Shown here: positions 62,279 to 64,000 of the stretch, in pieces
How the letters are laid out: the number at the start of each line of letters is the position of its first letter
How positions within the stretch are numbered: the stretch's first letter is position 1
IMG/VR virus record: IMGVR_UViG_3300046171_000197
DNA length: 64,000 nt
Origin: a virus
Reading direction: 5' to 3' (one strand)
Position numbers and translations under genes: made by a program
The notes under the pieces: generated by a model
The model's input: only the letters and a program-made list of their open reading frames with translations
Told to the model about the DNA's origin: nothing
Databases searched by the model: none

Positions 62279-63286
62279 ATGGATTTTTTAAAGGAAATAG
62301 TAAAAGAGATTGGTGATGAATACACTCAACTCGCAGCGGATATAGATGAAACAGAAAGATTCATCGACACAGGATCACACATCTTTAATGCAGTGGTTAG
62401 CGGTTCCATTTATGGTGGTGTTTCTAGTAATAAGATCACTGCCATTGCTGGTGAAACTAGTACTGGTAAAACTTATTTTGCCCTTGCTGTTGTCAAGAAC
62501 TTTTTGGACACTAATCCTGATGGGTATTGCCTCTATTTTGATACTGAAGCTGCAATCACCAAGGGATTACTTACATCTCGTGGAATTGATCAAACAAGAC
62601 TTGTTGTTGTCAATGTCGTTACTATAGAAGAGTTCCGAAGCAAAGCACTCCGTGCAGTAGATATATACCTCAAGACAGATGAAGAGGATCGCAAACCTTG
62701 TATGTTTGTGTTAGACTCTTTAGGTATGCTCTCTACAGAGAAAGAGATAAGAGATGCATTAGATGATAAGCAAGTCCGTGATATGACCAAATCACAACTT
62801 GTCAAGGGAGCATTCCGTATGCTAACATTAAAACTTGGTCAAGCAAACATTCCACTTATAGTCACAAATCATACTTACGATGTCATCGGATCTTATGTCC
62901 CAACTAAAGAAATGGGAGGAGGCTCTGGTCTCAAATATGCCGCTTCTACGATCATTTATCTCAGCAAAAAAAAGGAAAAGGATAAGACAGAGGTTGTTGG
63001 AAACATTATTAAAGCTAAGACGGCTAAATCCAGACTCTCAAAAGAAAACCAACAAGTAGAGATAAGACTCTATTATGATGAAAGAGGTTTAGACAGATAC
63101 TATGGTCTTCTTGAATTAGGAGAACTTGGTGGGATGTGGAAGAATGTAGCAGGTAGATATGAAATGAATGGTAAGAAAATATATGCTAAAGAAATATTAA
63201 GGAATCCGACAGAATACTTTACTGATGATATAATGAAACAACTAGACACTATTGCCAAGAAGCAGTTTTCCTATGGATCGGATTGA
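62279..63286 (+). CDS. uvsX: RecA-like recombinase UvsX
   Basis: IDTGS, AGETSTGKT, YFDTE, VLDSLGML, VTNHTY, MGGGSGLKYAAS. Confidence 0.96.
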   Translation: MDFLKEIVKEIGDEYTQLAADIDETERFIDTGSHIFNAVVSGSIYGGVSSNKITAIAGETSTGKTYFALAVVKNFLDTNPDGYCLYFDTEAAITKGLLTSRGIDQTRLVVVNVVTIEEFRSKALRAVDIYLKTDEEDRKPCMFVLDSLGMLSTEKEIRDALDDKQVRDMTKSQLVKGAFRMLTLKLGQANIPLIVTNHTYDVIGSYVPTKEMGGGSGLKYAASTIIYLSKKKEKDKTEVVGNIIKAKTAKSRLSKENQQVEIRLYYDERGLDRYYGLLELGELGGMWKNVAGRYEMNGKKIYAKEILRNPTEYFTDDIMKQLDTIAKKQFSYGSD

Positions 63287-64000
63287 GACCACAATACTCC
63301 AAAACTTAATATACAATGAAGAATATTCTCGTAAAGTCATTCCTTTTATTGAACCCGATTACTTTGAAAATAAATCTGAAAGAGTCACCTTTGAACAGAC
63401 TGCAGAGTTTATTGTTAAGTATGGTTCTGCGATTACAATTGAAGCTTTAAATATTGAAATTGATAATCGTACAGATCTTACTGAAACAGAAGTCAAAGAG
63501 ATTCGTGAACTAAATGGTTTCCTAACTAATACACCAGTTGATTATCAATGGTTGATGGATACTACTGAGAAGTGGTGTCGTGATCGTGCAATTTATCTTG
63601 CACTCATGGAATCTATTCAACTTGCTGATGGTGATGAGAGTAAAAAGAATAAAGATGCAATACCATCGATTCTTTCAGATGCACTAGCAGTATCATTTGA
63701 CAATCATGTCGGACACGACTACTTAGAAGACTACGAAGAAAGATATGACTTATATCACAGAAAGGAAGAAAGAATTCAATTCGACCTCGATTTTTTCAAT
63801 AAGATTACGAAGGGTGGGGTTCCAAATAAAACACTCAATATTGCTCTCGCTGGCACTGGTGTTGGTAAATCTTTGTTTATGTGTCATGTCGCAAGTAGTG
63901 TGCTACTCCAAGGAAAGAACGTATTATACATCACACTTGAAATGGCTGAAGAAAAGATTGCAGAAAGAATTGATGCTAATCTTTTAAATGTAGCAATCCA
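63273..64000 (+). CDS. gp41: Replicative DNA helicase gp41 (3'-partial)
   Basis: ATG 63273 gives MDRIETTILQNL..YSRKVIPF..TEKWCRDRAIY..VSFDNHVGHDY..ALAGTGVGKS..ITLEMAEEKIAERID, open to the window end (absent from the ORF track because it has no stop). Confidence 0.95.
   Translation, partial: MDRIETTILQNLIYNEEYSRKVIPFIEPDYFENKSERVTFEQTAEFIVKYGSAITIEALNIEIDNRTDLTETEVKEIRELNGFLTNTPVDYQWLMDTTEKWCRDRAIYLALMESIQLADGDESKKNKDAIPSILSDALAVSFDNHVGHDYLEDYEERYDLYHRKEERIQFDLDFFNKITKGGVPNKTLNIALAGTGVGKSLFMCHVASSVLLQGKNVLYITLEMAEEKIAERIDANLLNVAI

Noticed and set aside
381-62805. Minus-strand and nested alternative-frame ORFs in the ORF track
   Set aside because: Nearly all lie antisense to or inside well-supported + strand genes, with no recognisable motifs; typical shadow ORFs.
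63745-63987. 80-aa ORF at the window end
   Set aside because: Out-of-frame shadow of gp41, whose true frame runs from 63273 to the window end.

Overview
This window is an AT-rich segment of a T4-like marine cyanomyovirus (Kyanoviridae type), with essentially all genes on the + strand. A Prochlorococcus host is suggested by pebS and the low GC content. Left half: the virion morphogenesis module (gp7, gp8, a giant VrlC/DUF4815-type protein, a fibre protein, gp13-gp23, gp3). Right half: recombination, transcription and replication genes (uvsY, uvsW, gp55, gp47, gp46, gp45, gp44, gp62, regA, gp43, uvsX, start of gp41). These are interleaved with auxiliary genes: peptide deformylase, a VWA/metallopeptidase-CobS pair, pebS, speD, psbN, dam, a near full-length gcvP, a PMM-like HAD enzyme, hsp20 and a cytidylyltransferase. 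About 18 single-base frameshifts interrupt mostly essential genes and look like long-read sequencing errors, so those genes are reported reconstructed. Main leads: (1) a small late protein right after gp23 carrying a codon-conserved copy of the mature gp23 N-terminal arm behind a capsid-targeting-like leader; (2) a pseudoknotted leader RNA upstream of two of four Sm-fold-like paralogues and the DNA polymerase; (3) a repeated GACA-N10-TGTC + hairpin + -10 promoter architecture on the VWA/CobS genes; (4) gcvP embedded between the clamp-loader genes; (5) a modular protein between the terminase genes with protease-like junctions. No tRNA, rRNA, CRISPR array, intron, intein or transposase was recognised. 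All family assignments are from motif recognition, not database searches.
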